From: Chiloscyllium plagiosum
Lineage: Eukaryota
Assembly (NCBI RefSeq): GCF_004010195.1
Contig: NC_057741.1
Coordinates: 3,424,102-3,463,818, forward strand
Reading direction: 5' to 3'
Length of the DNA: 39,717 nucleotides
The translations under genes were made by a program, and so were the position numbers. The notes beneath the pieces are model-generated. The model worked only from the letters and a program-made list of their open reading frames with translations, did not search any database and was not told the DNA's origin. Of this stretch, positions 1 through 12,233 are shown piece after piece; position 1 is the first letter of the stretch; the number at the start of each line of letters is the position of its first letter.

Positions 1-2431
1 TTAAACACTGCAGTCTAGCTTTAAACACTGCAGTCTAGCTTTAAACACTGCAGTCTAGCTTTAAACACTGCAGTCTAGCTTTAAACACTGCAGTCTAGCT
101 TTAAACACTGCAGTCTAGCTTTAAACACTGCAGTCTAGCTTTAAACACTGCAGTCTAGCTTTAAACACTGCAGTCTAGCTTTAAACACTGCAGTCTAGCT
201 TTAAACACTGCAGTCTAGCTTTAAACACTGCTGACTAGCTTTAAACACTGCAGGCTAGCGTTAAGCACTGCAGACTAGCGTTAAACACTGCTGGCTAGCT
301 TTAAACACTGCAGGCTAGCGTTAAACACTGCAGGCTAGCGTTAAACACTGCAGACTAGCTTTAAACACTGCAGACTAGCGTTAAACACTGCAGACTGGCG
401 TTAAACACTGCAGGCTAGCGTTAAACACTGCAGACTAGCATTAAACACTGCAGGCTAGCGTTAAGCACTGCAGACTAGCGTTAAACACTGCTGGCTAGCT
501 TTAAACACTGCAGACTAGCTTTAAACACTGCAGACTAGCTTTAAACACTGCAGGCTCGCTTTAAACACTGCAGACTAGTGTTAAACACTGCAGGCTAGCT
601 TTAAACACTGCAGGCTAGCTTTGAACACTGCAGGCTAGCTTTAAACACTGCAGACTAGCGTTAAACACTGCAGACTAGCGTTAAACACTGCAGGCTAGCT
701 TTAAACATTGCAGGCTAGCTTTGAACACTGCAGGCTAGCTTTAAACACTGCAGACTAGCGTTAAACACTGCAGACTAGCTTGAAACACTACAGACTAGCT
801 TTAAACACTGCAGACTAGCGTTAAACACTGCAGACTAGCTTTAAACACTGCAGACTAGCTTTAAACACTACAGACTAGCTTTAAACACTGCAGACTAGCT
901 TTAAACACTGCAGACTAGCTTTAAACACTACAGACTAGCTTTAAACACTGCAGACTAGCTTTAAGAACTGCAGACTAGGGTTAAACACTGCAGACTAGCG
1001 TTAAACACTGCAGGCTAGCTTTAAACACTGCAGGCTAGTGTTAAACATCGCAGGCTTGCTTTAAACACTGCAGACTAGCGTTAAACACTACAGGCTAGAT
1101 TTAAGCACTGCAGACTCGCTTTAAGCACTGCAGACTAGTGTTAAACACCGCAGGCTTGCTTTAAACACTGCAGGCTTGCTTTAAATACTGCAGGCTAGTG
1201 TTAAACACCGCAGGCTTGCTTTAAACACTGCAGACTAGCGTTAAACACTGCAGGCACACTTTAAACACTGCAGGCTAGCTTTAAAGACTGCAGACTAGCG
1301 TTAAACACTGCAGGCACACTTTAAACACTGCAGGCACGCTTTAAACACTGCAGGCTCGCTTTAAACACTGAAGGCTAGCTTTAAACACTGCAGACTAGCT
1401 TTAAACACTGCAGACTAGCTTTAAGAACTGCAGACTAGCGTTAAACACTGCAGACTAGCTTTAAACACTGCAGGCTAGTGTAAACACCGCAGGCTTGCTT
1501 TAAACACTAGCAGACTAGCATTAGGCACTGCAGACTAGCGTTAAGCACTGCAGACTAGCATTAAACACTGCAGACTAGCGTTAAACACTGCAGACTAGCT
1601 TTAAACACTGCAGGCTAGCTTTAAACACTAGAGACCAGCGTTAAACACTGCAGGCTTGTTTTAAACACTGAAGGCTAGCTTTAAACACTGCAGACTAGCT
1701 TTAAGAACTGCAGACTAGCGTTAAACACTGCAGACTAGCGTTAAACACTGCAGACTAGCTTTAAACACTGCAGGCTCGCTTTAAACACTGCAGGCTAGCA
1801 TTAATCACTGCAGGCTAGCGTTAATCACTGCAGGCTAGCTTTAAACACTGCAGGCTAGCTTTAAACACAGCAGGCTTGCTTTAAACACTGCAGACTAGCT
1901 TTGAACATTGCAGACTAGCGTTAAACACTGCAGACTAGCGTTAAACACTGCAGTCTAGCTTTAAAAACTGCAGACTAGCTTTAAACACTGCAGACTAGCG
2001 TTGAAAACACTGCAGTCGAGTTTGAAACACTGCAGACTAGCTTTAAACACTGCAGACTAGCTTTAAACCCTGCAGACTAGCTTTAAACACTGCAGGCTAG
2101 CTTTAAACACTGCAGACTAGCTTTAAACACTGCAGACTTGCTTTAAACACTGTAGACTAGCTTTAAACACTGCAGGCTAGCTTTAAACACTGCAGACTAG
2201 CTTTAAACACTGCAGACTAGCTTTAAACACTGCAGGCTAGCTTTAAACACTGCAGACTAGCTTTAAACACTGCAGACTAGCTTTAAACACTGCAGACTTG
2301 CGTTAAACACTGCAGGCTTGCTTTAAACACTGCAGACTAGCTTTAAACACTGCAGGCTTGCTTTAAACACTGCAGACTAGCTTTAAACACTGCAGACTAG
2401 CGTTAAACACTGCAGACTAGCTTTAAACACT
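1..2431. repeat. 20-bp-unit minisatellite, consensus TTAAACACTGCAGACTAGCT, about 120 copies, truncated by the window start
   Basis: Direct 20-bp periodicity. The first 11 units are identical (TTAAACACTGCAGTCTAGCT); later units vary (GACT/GGCT, GCT/GCG) with rare 1-2 nt indels. No unique spacers. Confidence 0.99.
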
Positions 2432-2659
2432 AGTTTTAGCTTTAGTTTTTGACTTTATATTATCTCTAAATTCCTCTCTTAGCCGTGGATGTTTCCCCCT
2501 CCTTAATATAAGAGTATTGGCACATGCTAAATGAATTGGAATATTAATACGAAAAAATATTGACTGCGTATTTGGTCTTTTTTGAACATTTAATGATAGT
2601 GCACAGTCAGTACTATGTATTTGATAACAGTTGTATCTCTAATAAATATCTTGTTACAG

Positions 2660-2879
2660 CTGCAAGAATTGTGGTCAAGAACAATCTCCAGAAAAACCTC
2701 AGTGCAATCCCAAACGTCCGCCCACAGATGAATGCTATGCCCATGATGACCAATCATGCAGTGACTATCGGCGTCGCTTCGGACCTGTTAAACACTTCAA
2801 GGAACGCTGGACTCAAAAGCCTACGGAGATGCCTCTTCATGCAACAGTAGATCCAAATTCTTTTTCAGATGCTCCATAA
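2660..2879 (+). CDS. Candidate 3'-terminal coding exon of an unidentified gene, frame unresolved
   Basis: Branch-like CTAAT at 2639-2643 and acceptor TTGTTACAG ending 2659. CpG-retaining sequence in AT-rich surroundings. Two open frames stop at TAG 2848-2850 (..ARIVVKNNLQKNLSAIPNVRPQ..SLRRCLFMQQ*) and TAA 2877-2879 (CKNCGQEQSPEKPQ..DPNSFSDAP*). AATAAA follows at 2995. No family recognised. Confidence 0.45.
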
Positions 2880-2994
2880 ATTGTTCTAAAGATGTAACGA
2901 ATAACTGCTCCTGTTTCTTTTACAGCTCTCCCTTTGCCATAATGACATTTTGCCTTCATCAAACAGAAAATAACAGCTTGAGCACTGGCTTCAT

Positions 2995-3000
2995 AATAAA
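2995..3000 (+). terminator. Candidate polyadenylation signal for the plus-strand orphan exon
   Basis: AATAAA, followed by GT-rich GGTTTGTT at about 3043-3050. Confidence 0.35.
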
Positions 3001-3339
3001 CACTGCTTTCTGTATCATGTAACATCTGTATAAATGTATCATGGTTTGTTACACAGAAACAAAAAAAAATTGAGACAATGCGAAAATGATAGCACTAAAT
3101 ATTGTTTTCTACAAAACTATGTTACAACAATTAAAACATATAAAACTATAGTAAAGAATGTTTTCAGAAAAGAACTAAACAACTTGATTCATCAAACAAC
3201 CACATTTCCTCCATGACCCTATGCAATCCTTTCTGACAAGACCTTCATCCAAACTATTGAGACTGCTATGAAATAATTGGGTCAGCAAATCTTCTCCTTT
3301 CCAGCAATGGAGTTCAAGCATATAATTGTCAGAAGCGCT

Positions 3340-4370
3340 ATTTTCCTCACAGAATTAGCTTTACTCCAATTGTACTTACACATGAAGCACTCAACTTTAT
3401 TTCTAGGTCAGACGAAGGTGGAGAGAGGTGCAACGTGGGAAGGTTTAAAGAAAAGAGTTCAGGAACAGAAAACCACAGCAGCTGAAAATGTAGGGAAGGG
3501 TGACAGCGTACACCAGAGTCAACTGAACAAAGTTTCTAAGGCATAGGGCACGGTCATGGAGAAATGAGTGAGGGAGGTAGAGGATTTTGACACCAAAGCA
3601 TGGAAGGCAGGAAGCTATCAGTGATCAGCACAAACAGCAGTGATAAATGAGTGGGTGTTAGTACTCAAAAGACAAGTTCAGTTGAATCACAGAAGATCAA
3701 TGAGGAGAGTGCTGAAGCAACAGGTGTGGTTGAGAATTTCAATCCTGGTGGAAATGTCATATGCTGATAATGTATTAAAGGTCAGAGGTATGTGATCTTG
3801 GTAACTGAGAAGCCATTACAATAGCAGCTCAGCTCATGACCAAACAGGACTCTGTTCACTGGCTCCAGCCTGATGATTCAGAAAAACAAAGCACCTCTCT
3901 GATGTCGGGGTGATGAAAATGAGGTTCCTTTAAGATTTGATGTCAGGCAAGTTCCAAATAATGCAAAACAATCCAGGGTCATGACAGAGGTAATATCAGA
4001 TCTTATCAACACAAATGGGAAGAGGTAAAGTTTTGAGAGTTTTGACAATAAGATAAGCTGTTTAAAATAGAGAGGCATTGTCAGAACGAGAGGCTACGAA
4101 GGTCAGTGAGCAGGATGGAGAGTAATGGCTTCTTCATCAGGGCAACCCTTGCCCTCTCTGACCTGTGGCTCCACGATTTGTCTGCTTTGTCATCTGAGGG
4201 CATACAAACATGAAAGCTGGCAAATGGCAGCCACGTTTCAAAGAGATATCAAGAGAGTAGAAATTATGACACATTTTGTCTATGCCACGCATCACTTTTT
4301 TGATGTGAGCAGTTCAGAGCACCACATCTTAGCAAGGATATGTGAACTTTGGAGATATGCGATCCTTTGA
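3340..4370 (-). mobile_element. Highly decayed L2-like LINE remnant
   Basis: The reverse complement resembles the pyrimidine-rich L2 3' region; no intact ORF; recognised by eye only. Confidence 0.35.
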
Positions 4371-4697
4371 TAGGAATGCAACCTAGATTCATGAGAAGAT
4401 ATGTGGACTCCAAGAGTTAAATTATAAGGAGAGATAACACAACTAGGATTGTATTACCTGACATCTTTAAGATTAAGACAATTTGATGATGGTATTAAGG
4501 GAACAGATGAAAATCAAAACGGGTGAATTTCTCCTCCATGAGCTGTTGAGAATAATGGCTAGGGTGATGATTTAATTGGGTGAGCAACCAAAAACCAGAT
4601 TCTTGCCATCATGTAAATTCTTACAATTAAATTTCCCCTCCTTAGATGGTGAGATTGAGCAGGTCACGAAAAGCTTATCTGTATTCATTTGCATCTC

Positions 4698-4760
4698 AAT
4701 AATTACCCAATAATTACCCAACTCACCCAATAATTACCCAATTCATCCTATTAATTCCCA
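4698..4760. repeat. Short degenerate tandem repeat (TAATTACCCAA)n
   Basis: About 5-6 imperfect copies visible directly. Confidence 0.8.
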
Positions 4761-5329
4761 CATTAAGAAACCTGACGGCTCAAAATATCAACAGCAAAAG
4801 CTAAGTGAGTACCTAGTGAAGCCAACCCTCCGAGTTGAAATGGACAAGTTCATGACTTTGCCAGCCATTTTATTTTGTGTCAATTTATTTGGAACTACGT
4901 CAACTGGAGTAGGTGCTTCCATGGTCACTGGCCTAGACTGTTCATCCACGCAACTGGGCAATGGCAACTCCTAAACTTCTGAACACACCATTAGCTGGGC
5001 TGAGACAGCATCTCTTGGATTCCAATTATCATGCCAGACAGATTGAAGCATAATCTCTTGGTGTAGAGATAGCATGAGCAGACATGGTGAGCTCTACATC
5101 TTCAGACTTTTACCTATTGCTTTAGCAGAGAGAAAGAGACTGGCACTTTCTGGCCTGTGGACAGTGTTTTAGACACAGAGGGACAGACAGGAAACTTGAG
5201 GCTCCAGAAAATAGTGATGAGTACATGCTAACAGGGTTGCTGTGTGGCAGGGTGCTGCATCAACATTAGAGCTACAGCATGTGCCAGCAGCTCATGGGGA
5301 AAGCAGACTGCAAGCGCTTGAATAGAATT

Positions 5330-5537
5330 GCAATGTGTGAATAGTTGAGGCTTCCTCTGTAAATGTTTTTAATGCTAGGATAGTTACTTTTTTGAACAGT
5401 AAAGGAACTAAGGGTTATGGAGAGAGGGCTAGTGAAGCTCAGGCCATGGAAAGATCGGCCATGATCCTATTGAATGGAGGAGCCTGCTCGAAGGGCCGGA
5501 CGGCCTACTCCTGCTCCTAGTTCTTATGTTCTTATGT
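5330..5537 (+). mobile_element. CR1 LINE 3' end
   Basis: GAAGGGCCGGACGGCCTACTCCTGCTCCTA followed by a (TTCTTATG)2 tail, typical of CR1 3' UTRs. Confidence 0.85.
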
Positions 5538-5629
5538 GTAAAGTCAAAGGGGAGGACTCTTTAGTGAGATGAGAGTGGACAGCCAGTCAAAGAGTACCGC
5601 CATGTTCTGTCCATGGTCGGAACCACTTC

Positions 5630-6210
5630 TTTCTTTTCGTTTATCTTCATTACTTTCCTGGCCACTCCTCGTGTTTGACAACATATTTACCAAAACTCGC
5701 TTCCACAGACACATCTCGTTCCTCAGCGACTGCTTCCAGCTCAGACCCACACCACGTGGATTCCAACTGAAGTTTCATCCTTCGTGTTTCGAATCCGCCC
5801 AGGATTACAGGTGACGGACAAAGATCCTCAGACAGCTGGCCTCATCGCATGCTGAGACCCACACTGCCATATGTATACTCTCGACCTCTCTCTCCATCAG
5901 CATTGCCTCAAACTGCCCCCAAGTTCTACTTCTTCCTCCGGCTCGTTCAACATTCGAACAATAAGCTTTTTCTCTTCCTATAAGGCATTAAGGAATGCAA
6001 GCTGCAACAGCTCAGAGATACCCACAGCCCTCTGGAACATCCCACCCCATTCTCTTCCCTCCGTCTCCATCCCTTCTCCTAGCCCCAGCGTTTGTCAGCT
6101 GTCTACTATCCCTTCTGACCTTCGCACTGATGCTCAAAGTCCTATACTCAGCAGAATGAATTTTGGGCATGACTTGACGTTGAACTCTTCTTCTGACGCC
6201 TTTGCCTCTG
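5630..6210 (+). mobile_element. Penelope-like retroelement, decayed N-terminal ORF fragment
   Basis: Peptide TRFHRHISFLSDCFQLRPTPRGFQLKFHPSCF..DYR resembles the pre-RT region of vertebrate Penelope-like ORFs; frameshifted downstream. Confidence 0.6.
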
Positions 6211-6399
6211 TGCCCATTTCACTGATGTTGTCTGGTGTAATGAGCTTTACATTGAGGAGACTGAGCTCATTATCACTCCCTGGACTATGACTCAACCATC
6301 AAATATCAGGCAACGCAACCATAACAGTCACTTAGCTCGTCTGGGGATCTCCCTCCACTTCCAAACAAGAACAGGCAAGGAGTCGCTGCTGAACAGGGG

Positions 6400-7120
6400 A
6401 GATGGCCCGAAATGCATATGTTTTGATGCCAGAAGTAAAGGAGGCAAGGTAGATGAACTCAGAGATTTGGTTAGTACTTGTAACTATGACATTTATTGCA
6501 ATTATGGAGATTTGGCTGAAAGAGGGACAGGACTGGATGCCCCAGCATTTAGATGTTAGATATCTGACAAAAGGGGATGGGCGACACTGCTGCCTCGCAG
6601 AGACCTGGGTTCATTTCCTGCCTCAGGCAACTGTGTGTGTGGAGTTTGCACATTCTTCCCGTGTCTGTGTAGGTTTCCTCCGGGTGCACCGGTTTCCTCC
6701 CACAGTCCAAAAACATGCAGGTTAGGTGAATTGGCCATGCTAAATTGCCCGAAATGTTATGGGAAAGGGTAAATGTAGGGGAATGGGTTTGGGTGGGTTG
6801 CTCTTCGGAGGGTTGGTGTGGACTTGATGGGCCAAAGGGCCTGTTTCCACACTGTATATAATCTAAAAAAAAGGTTGGGGGGGGGGATTTGCATTACTGG
6901 TAAAGGAGATCTCACAGCTGTACTGAGGTCTCGTGTAGGGGGGCAATATGGGTATAACTCAGGAACAGGAAGTGTGAAATCACAATGCTTGGGGATATGC
7001 TACAGGCCTCCCAACAGCCAGTGGGATATGGAAGAGAGAATATGTAGACAGATTTTGGAAAGATAGAAAGACAGCAGGGTTGTTGTGGTTGGTGATTTTA
7101 ACTTCCCCTATATTGACTCC
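6400..7120 (+). mobile_element. CR1 ORF2 endonuclease fragment interrupted by an HE1 SINE
   Basis: APE-type motifs CICFDARS..KVDELR..YDI and LGICYRPPNS..VVVGDFNFPYID lie on either side of the SINE; in-frame stops present. Confidence 0.85.
6579..6872 (+). mobile_element. HE1 SINE (V-SINE), 5'-degenerate
   Basis: V-domain GTGGAGTTTGCACATTC..GGTTTCCTCCCACAGTCC, tail GGGCCTGTTTCCACACTGTA and an A-rich end. Confidence 0.9.
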
Positions 7121-7156
7121 AGGTTGGTATCTGTGATCTTGGAGGCTGTGAAGTAC

Positions 7157-8550
7157 GAAGAACAAAGAACAGTACAGCACAGTAATAGGCCCTTCCACCC
7201 TCCAAGCCTGCACTGACATCTTTTGTCCTTCCATACTAAAACTGTCTTCACTTACAGGATCTGTATCACTCCACTTCCTTCTTATTCATGTATTTGTTCA
7301 GGTGTTTCTTGAATGCTGTTATCGTGCCTGCTTCCACCTCCTCCCCTGGCAGCACATTCCTGGCAGTCACCAGCCTTTGTGTGAAAAACCTGCCTCACAC
7401 ATCGCTTTAAAACATCCCTCCCACACCTTGAACCTGTGTCCCCTAGTAATTGACTCCTCCACTCTGGGTAAAAGCCTCATACTTTCCATGCTATCCACAA
7501 TCTTATAAACTTCTATCAGATCGGCCCTCAACCTCCAGCATCCCAGTCAAAACAAACCCAGTCTATCCAAACTTTCTTCATAGTTAAAATGTCCCATACC
7601 AGGGAACATCCTGGTAAACCTTTTCGGTACCTTCTCCAAAGTATCCACACCCTTCTGATAGTGAGGTGATCAGAAATGTATGTAATATTCCAAGTGTGGC
7701 CTAACTACAGTTCTATAAAACTGCAGCATGACTTGTCTATCCTTGTACTCAATGCCCATTTCAATGAAGGCAAGCATGCCACAGTCCTTATATTTCTTCC
7801 TTATCGACCTGCACTGCCATCTTCAGTGATCTGTGGACATGCATACCCAGATCCCTCTGCATAACAATGCTCCTAAGGGTTCTGCCATTCACTGTATAAC
7901 TTACACCTCTAATGGACCTTCCAAAATGCATCACCTCACATTTGTCCAGATTAAACTCCATCTTCTCCAACTGATCTATACGCTCAGTATCCACTGACAA
8001 TCCTCCTCACCATCCTTAACACCACCAATCTTTATATCATCCGCAAACTTACTAATTAGGCCAGCTACATTCTCCTCCAAACCACGAACAGCAGAGATCT
8101 CAGGACTGATTCCTGTGGAACACCACTAATCACAACTCTCCATTCCCTCTGTCTCCTATGACTCAGCCAGTATCTTGCCAGCTCACCCGGATACCATGTG
8201 ACTTCACCTTCTGTACCAGTCTGCCATGAGGGACTTTGACAAAGGCCATGGAAACAATATCAACTGCTTTTCCCTCATCAATCATCTTCATCACCTCCTC
8301 AAATAAACTCAATCAAGTTAGTGAGGTACAACCTCCCCCACACAAGACCAGGCTGTCTGTCGCTAATCAAGCCATTTGCTTCTGAATGGGTGTACATCTT
8401 GTCCCTGAGAATCTTTCCCAATAACTTCCCTACCACCGACATAAGGGTCACAGGCTTGTAATTTCCAGGATTATCCCTGTTACCCTTCTTCAACAATGGG
8501 ACAACATTGACTATTCTCCAGTTCTCTGTGGCCAAAAAGGATAGAAAGGT
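7157..8550 (-). mobile_element. CR1 LINE, RT region through 3' end, decayed
   Basis: Minus-strand peptides WRIVNVVPLLKKGNRDNPGNYKPVTLMSVVGKLL and MEFNLDKCEVMHFGR; CR1 tail (GAACAAAGAACA) at the left end. Confidence 0.92.
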
Positions 8551-8553
8551 GCC

Positions 8554-8828
8554 TGTTACCAGATTGAAATAGTTACTGTTTGATAGTAAACTTATCAATT
8601 ATTCTGTTAAATCAACCAGTAGAATTAAGTTAATCCAAGTTCCTCTTTCTTTTGTTGTATTTTAACTATAGCGTTTGAATAAATTGCGTTTTGCCTATCA
8701 TCAGGTAGTTTAACCAATCAAATTGCATCTGGAACACAGCACTTGACATTACAATTAAAATAAGAAAAAGTGAGGATCTAGGCGACCTTCTTAACATATT
8801 TTGAGCCATTCTGGTCTGGTCTGTAACA
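8554..8828 (+). mobile_element. LTR-like fragment (possible solo or partial LTR)
   Basis: Bounded by TGTTAC...GTAACA (TG..CA, 6-bp inverted), with an internal AATAAA near 8678; no clear TSD. Confidence 0.45.
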
Positions 8829-8999
8829 ATGATTCTTTGTTAACTAAAGATATTGAGGGGTATGCGTCAAAGTGGGGTGTATGGAGCTAGGTCACAGAGC
8901 AACATTGTCATGAAGGGTAGTGTATACTCAAAGTGTTAAAAAGACCTGCTCCTTATCTTCCTAAAATGCTGACAGGCTGAATTCACTTGACAAAAACAA

Positions 9000-9410
9000 T
9001 AACAACTGATTATGTTCTTGTCTTAGATGTAGTAAAACATCCCAAGTAGCCTCATGGGAGCATTATCAAATGGAATCTAACATGGTCATGTGGTAATATA
9101 TCAGGGCAGATCAACAAAAGCTTAGGCAGAAAAGGATATTTTTGTGACAGCCATAAAGTAGGAAAGAGTGGAAGAGATTTTGAATGAATCCAGAGGTTAT
9201 GCCCACAGCAGATGAAGGCAAGGATAGTCACGTTCAAGTAATTAAAATTGAAGATGTGCAAAGGGTTGGTATTGGAGAAGCAGAGGGTTTGGGCTAGAAA
9301 CAATTATGACGATAGGGAGGAGCAAAGTCATGAAGGGATTTGAGAATAAGGATATAAACCCTTGTGTTCTAGACATGAAGTAACTTGAAATCAATGTAAG
9401 TCAGCAGAAA
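9000..9410 (-). mobile_element. Decayed L2-like 3' end
   Basis: GTAGTAAAACATCCCAAG..C resembles the reverse complement of the L2/Deu-SINE 3' tail; purine-rich continuation. Confidence 0.5.
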
Positions 9411-10009
9411 GGGACATTCCCTCCCCAATCTTACTGGGAAGGAATCCAACCTTTACAGCTGCACCTTAAGAGTATTTTTTTTTTCCACACTTCCTGCTTC
9501 ACTTGTAGCTGAGAAACACATTGGTCGTTTGGGATAGAGAAAAATACAATTGGCAGGGACATAAATATAATGAACAAAGTGGTCTGCCTTATCACCCCAG
9601 TGAACCTTTCAGTTTTGAAGCATTTTCCGAATCCATGTCTGAGAGTAATTTTCAAACAATAACTCAACCTCGTGCTGTGGTTGATAAAATCCTTCACTAA
9701 ATGCTGCATGCACTTCATAGATGTTTGAGTAAGGCTTTATAGCACTCACCATTTGTATTGTCCTGCCCAACTCACACAGTATCTTATAATGGACAAACGG
9801 CACCAGTAACATCCCACCATTTCCAAAGGCAACAGTTAAACTTTATGAAGCAGCATGACTTTTTCAGTCAAGTCAGCACTTGCTCACACCTTGTTAAAGT
9901 GCGGTCATTAAGTGCAGTGCTGGTTATATTGTTACATTTACTAGTTTTCAATTGATCTATACACCAATTCTAAAGCATCACACGATAGAACGATGTACAG
10001 GAATTGTAA

Positions 10010-10575
10010 TCATTGTTGATTGTTGGAAAAACCCATCTTGTTCAAAAATCCCCTTCAGGGAAGGAAATCTGCCATCTTCCCCTGTTCTGGCCCACATGTG
10101 ACTCCAGACCCACAGCAATGTGGGTAACTTTCAATTGCCCTCTGAAATGGCCTAACAAGCCATTCAGTACCAATCATTTCAATGTCCCAAAGAAATGAAA
10201 CCAGGTGGATCACCTGGCATTGACCAGGCACCCAGAAAAAACAGTGGCAGAAACAGTCCTGTTGACCCTGCAAAGACCTCCTCACTAACACCTGAGTCTG
10301 CAACAGGTGAGAGGGAACCAATAAGAGGAAAAAACATACTCGATCTCATCATTGCCCATCTGCCAGCTGCAGATGCATCCATCCATGACAGTATCAGTAA
10401 GAGTGACCACTGCACTGCCCTTGTGGAGACAAATTCCCACCTTAACATTGAGACTAACTTCCATTACGTCGTGTGGCACCATCACCATGTTAAATGGGAC
10501 CGACTTCAAACAAATCTACCAACTCAGTATTTGACATCCATGAGACACAGTGGGCCATCAACAGCAGCAGGATAC
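10010..10575 (+). mobile_element. Non-LTR element fragment (CR1/L2 group): 5' region joined to the endonuclease C-terminus
   Basis: ORF 10195-10578 contains EPIRGKNILDLIIA..SKSDH, the APE endonuclease LD/SDH motifs; upstream endonuclease motifs are missing. Confidence 0.8.
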
Positions 10576-10579
10576 TGAC

Positions 10580-10860
10580 TGCATTATGCTGTTGTCTCCT
10601 TTCTGCCAGCCAGCCAATATTTAATGCCTGTTTATATGTTACCTCTACAACACGTGTCCCTACTTTTCACAATAACCTTTCACATTGCATTTTGCTGAGT
10701 GCCTTCTGGAATCCAAGTACACTACATCTACAGAGTTCCCTTTAATTTTCGTGCATGTTATGCCTACAAAGAACTCCAGGAAATTGGTTAAACATAATTT
10801 CTCCTTCACAAAATCATGCTGATTCTTTAAATTGGTTGGAATTTTTCTAATCGTCCAGCT
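10580..10860 (-). mobile_element. CR1 RT fragment
   Basis: NQHDFVKEKLCLTNFLEFF..VDVVYLD matches the CR1 RT consensus QHGF..SCLTNL.EFF..VDVVYLDF. Confidence 0.85.
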
Positions 10861-11252
10861 ATAAATGAAAGTGAAACTCAATCATATAATGGTTATTGCT
10901 ACTTAAGGATGCTTTTACTATATGATCGTTAATTAATCTTTGTACATTACACAATACCATGATGGTATAATCTTTTCTTTGGCTGTTTCCAGAACATATT
11001 TTTTTAAAAAGTTAACTTGAAAGCATATGAATGCTTCCTTCAGGCTATCTACGGTCTGATGTTTCCTGTTTAAATCTAAATTTAAAATCAATCATGATTA
11101 TTACTGTTCCTTTAGTACTTTCACTCAATAGTCCTTTTCACATATTCATCCTAGAAATAGTGGTTTACTTCCCCGACTACAGTGAGGGATGAGTGCTGGA
11201 GAAATGCTTTATACTTCTCCCCTTTTGAAGAGGGTAAGTTGTTGTTGTGTCA

Positions 11253-11450
11253 CCACAGTCTTACCAGACCATGGGGCTGCTCTCTCGAATGAGGTGGTTT
11301 AACCTGAGGGCCACCATACCTCAGGCAAGGGGAGAGGATGAGAAGGAGAGTCTTTCATGGGAACCTCAACTGATGATGGGAATTGAACCCATATGATTGG
11401 CATTCCACTGCTTCGCAAAACAACCCTGCAACTAACTGAGCTAAACCGAA
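11253..11450 (-). mobile_element. tRNA-derived SINE (second family)
   Basis: Reverse complement begins GTTTAGCTCAGTTAG (A box) with GGTTCAATTCC (B box); homologous to 13240-13430. Confidence 0.75.
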
Positions 11451-11929
11451 CCCAAGATGGAAAGTAACACCTTGGGGAAGTACCATGGTAGCACCATGGT
11501 GTGGGGAGGGGCGGGAAGGAGAGATAGTCATAGAGTCATAATTATTGTTATGATTGTGTAAACACATGCATGTGTGTAAGAAGTGCATAAATCAATTGAA
11601 GTTGGCAAAGTTGTCAGGAAAGTGCCCAAATAAAGGAAATGTCTGCAATAACAAAATGGTGCCAGGCATTTCAGAGTGCCTGTTCACATGAAATCATTAT
11701 AGGATTTGAACTGCTCAAGTGCAGGATGGTTAAATGGGCATAAGTATCCTTCATCAAAATGTCATTCAAATTATTGGTGTGTCTGTGTCAAGATATCAAA
11801 TAATCCTTGAGACTGATGCATTAATTAGTCATCCAAAAATGGGAAGTCTGAACATTCAAAGGAACAAAGGACGAGAAAAAGCTATTTGCTATACTCTGGT
11901 TTATTATCTGTTTCATTTTTCACCAACTC

Positions 11930-12210
11930 GCGGTGGCACAGTGGTTAGCACTGCAGCCTCACAGCGCCAGAGACCTGGGTTCAATTCCCGCCTCAGGTGA
12001 CTCTCTGTGGGGAGTTTGCACATTCTCCCCGTGTCTGCGTGGGTTTCCTCCCACAATCCAAAAAATGTGCAGGTTAGGTGAATTGGCCAGGCTAAATTGC
12101 CCACAGAGCTAGGTGAAGGGGTAAATGTAGGGGAATGGGTCTGGGTGGGTGGCGGGTTGGTGTGGACTTGTTGGGCCGAAGGGCCTGTTTCCAAACTGTA
12201 ATCTAATCTA
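11930..12210 (+). mobile_element. HE1 SINE
   Basis: A box GGCACAGTGGTTAGC, B box GGTTCAATTCC, V-domain, (TAATC)n tail. Confidence 0.93.
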
Positions 12211-12233
12211 TACTTATCCAGGCAGGTTTGTGA

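Noticed and set aside
1-2431. CRISPR array or coding repeat
   Set aside because: Units are contiguous with no unique spacers, the context is vertebrate, and recurrent TAA/TAG codons close all frames.
2837-3025. Minus-strand 62-aa ORF preceded by an AG as an exon
   Set aside because: No recognisable homology, a weak pyrimidine tract, and it overlaps the putative plus-strand 3' UTR; not excluded but unsupported.
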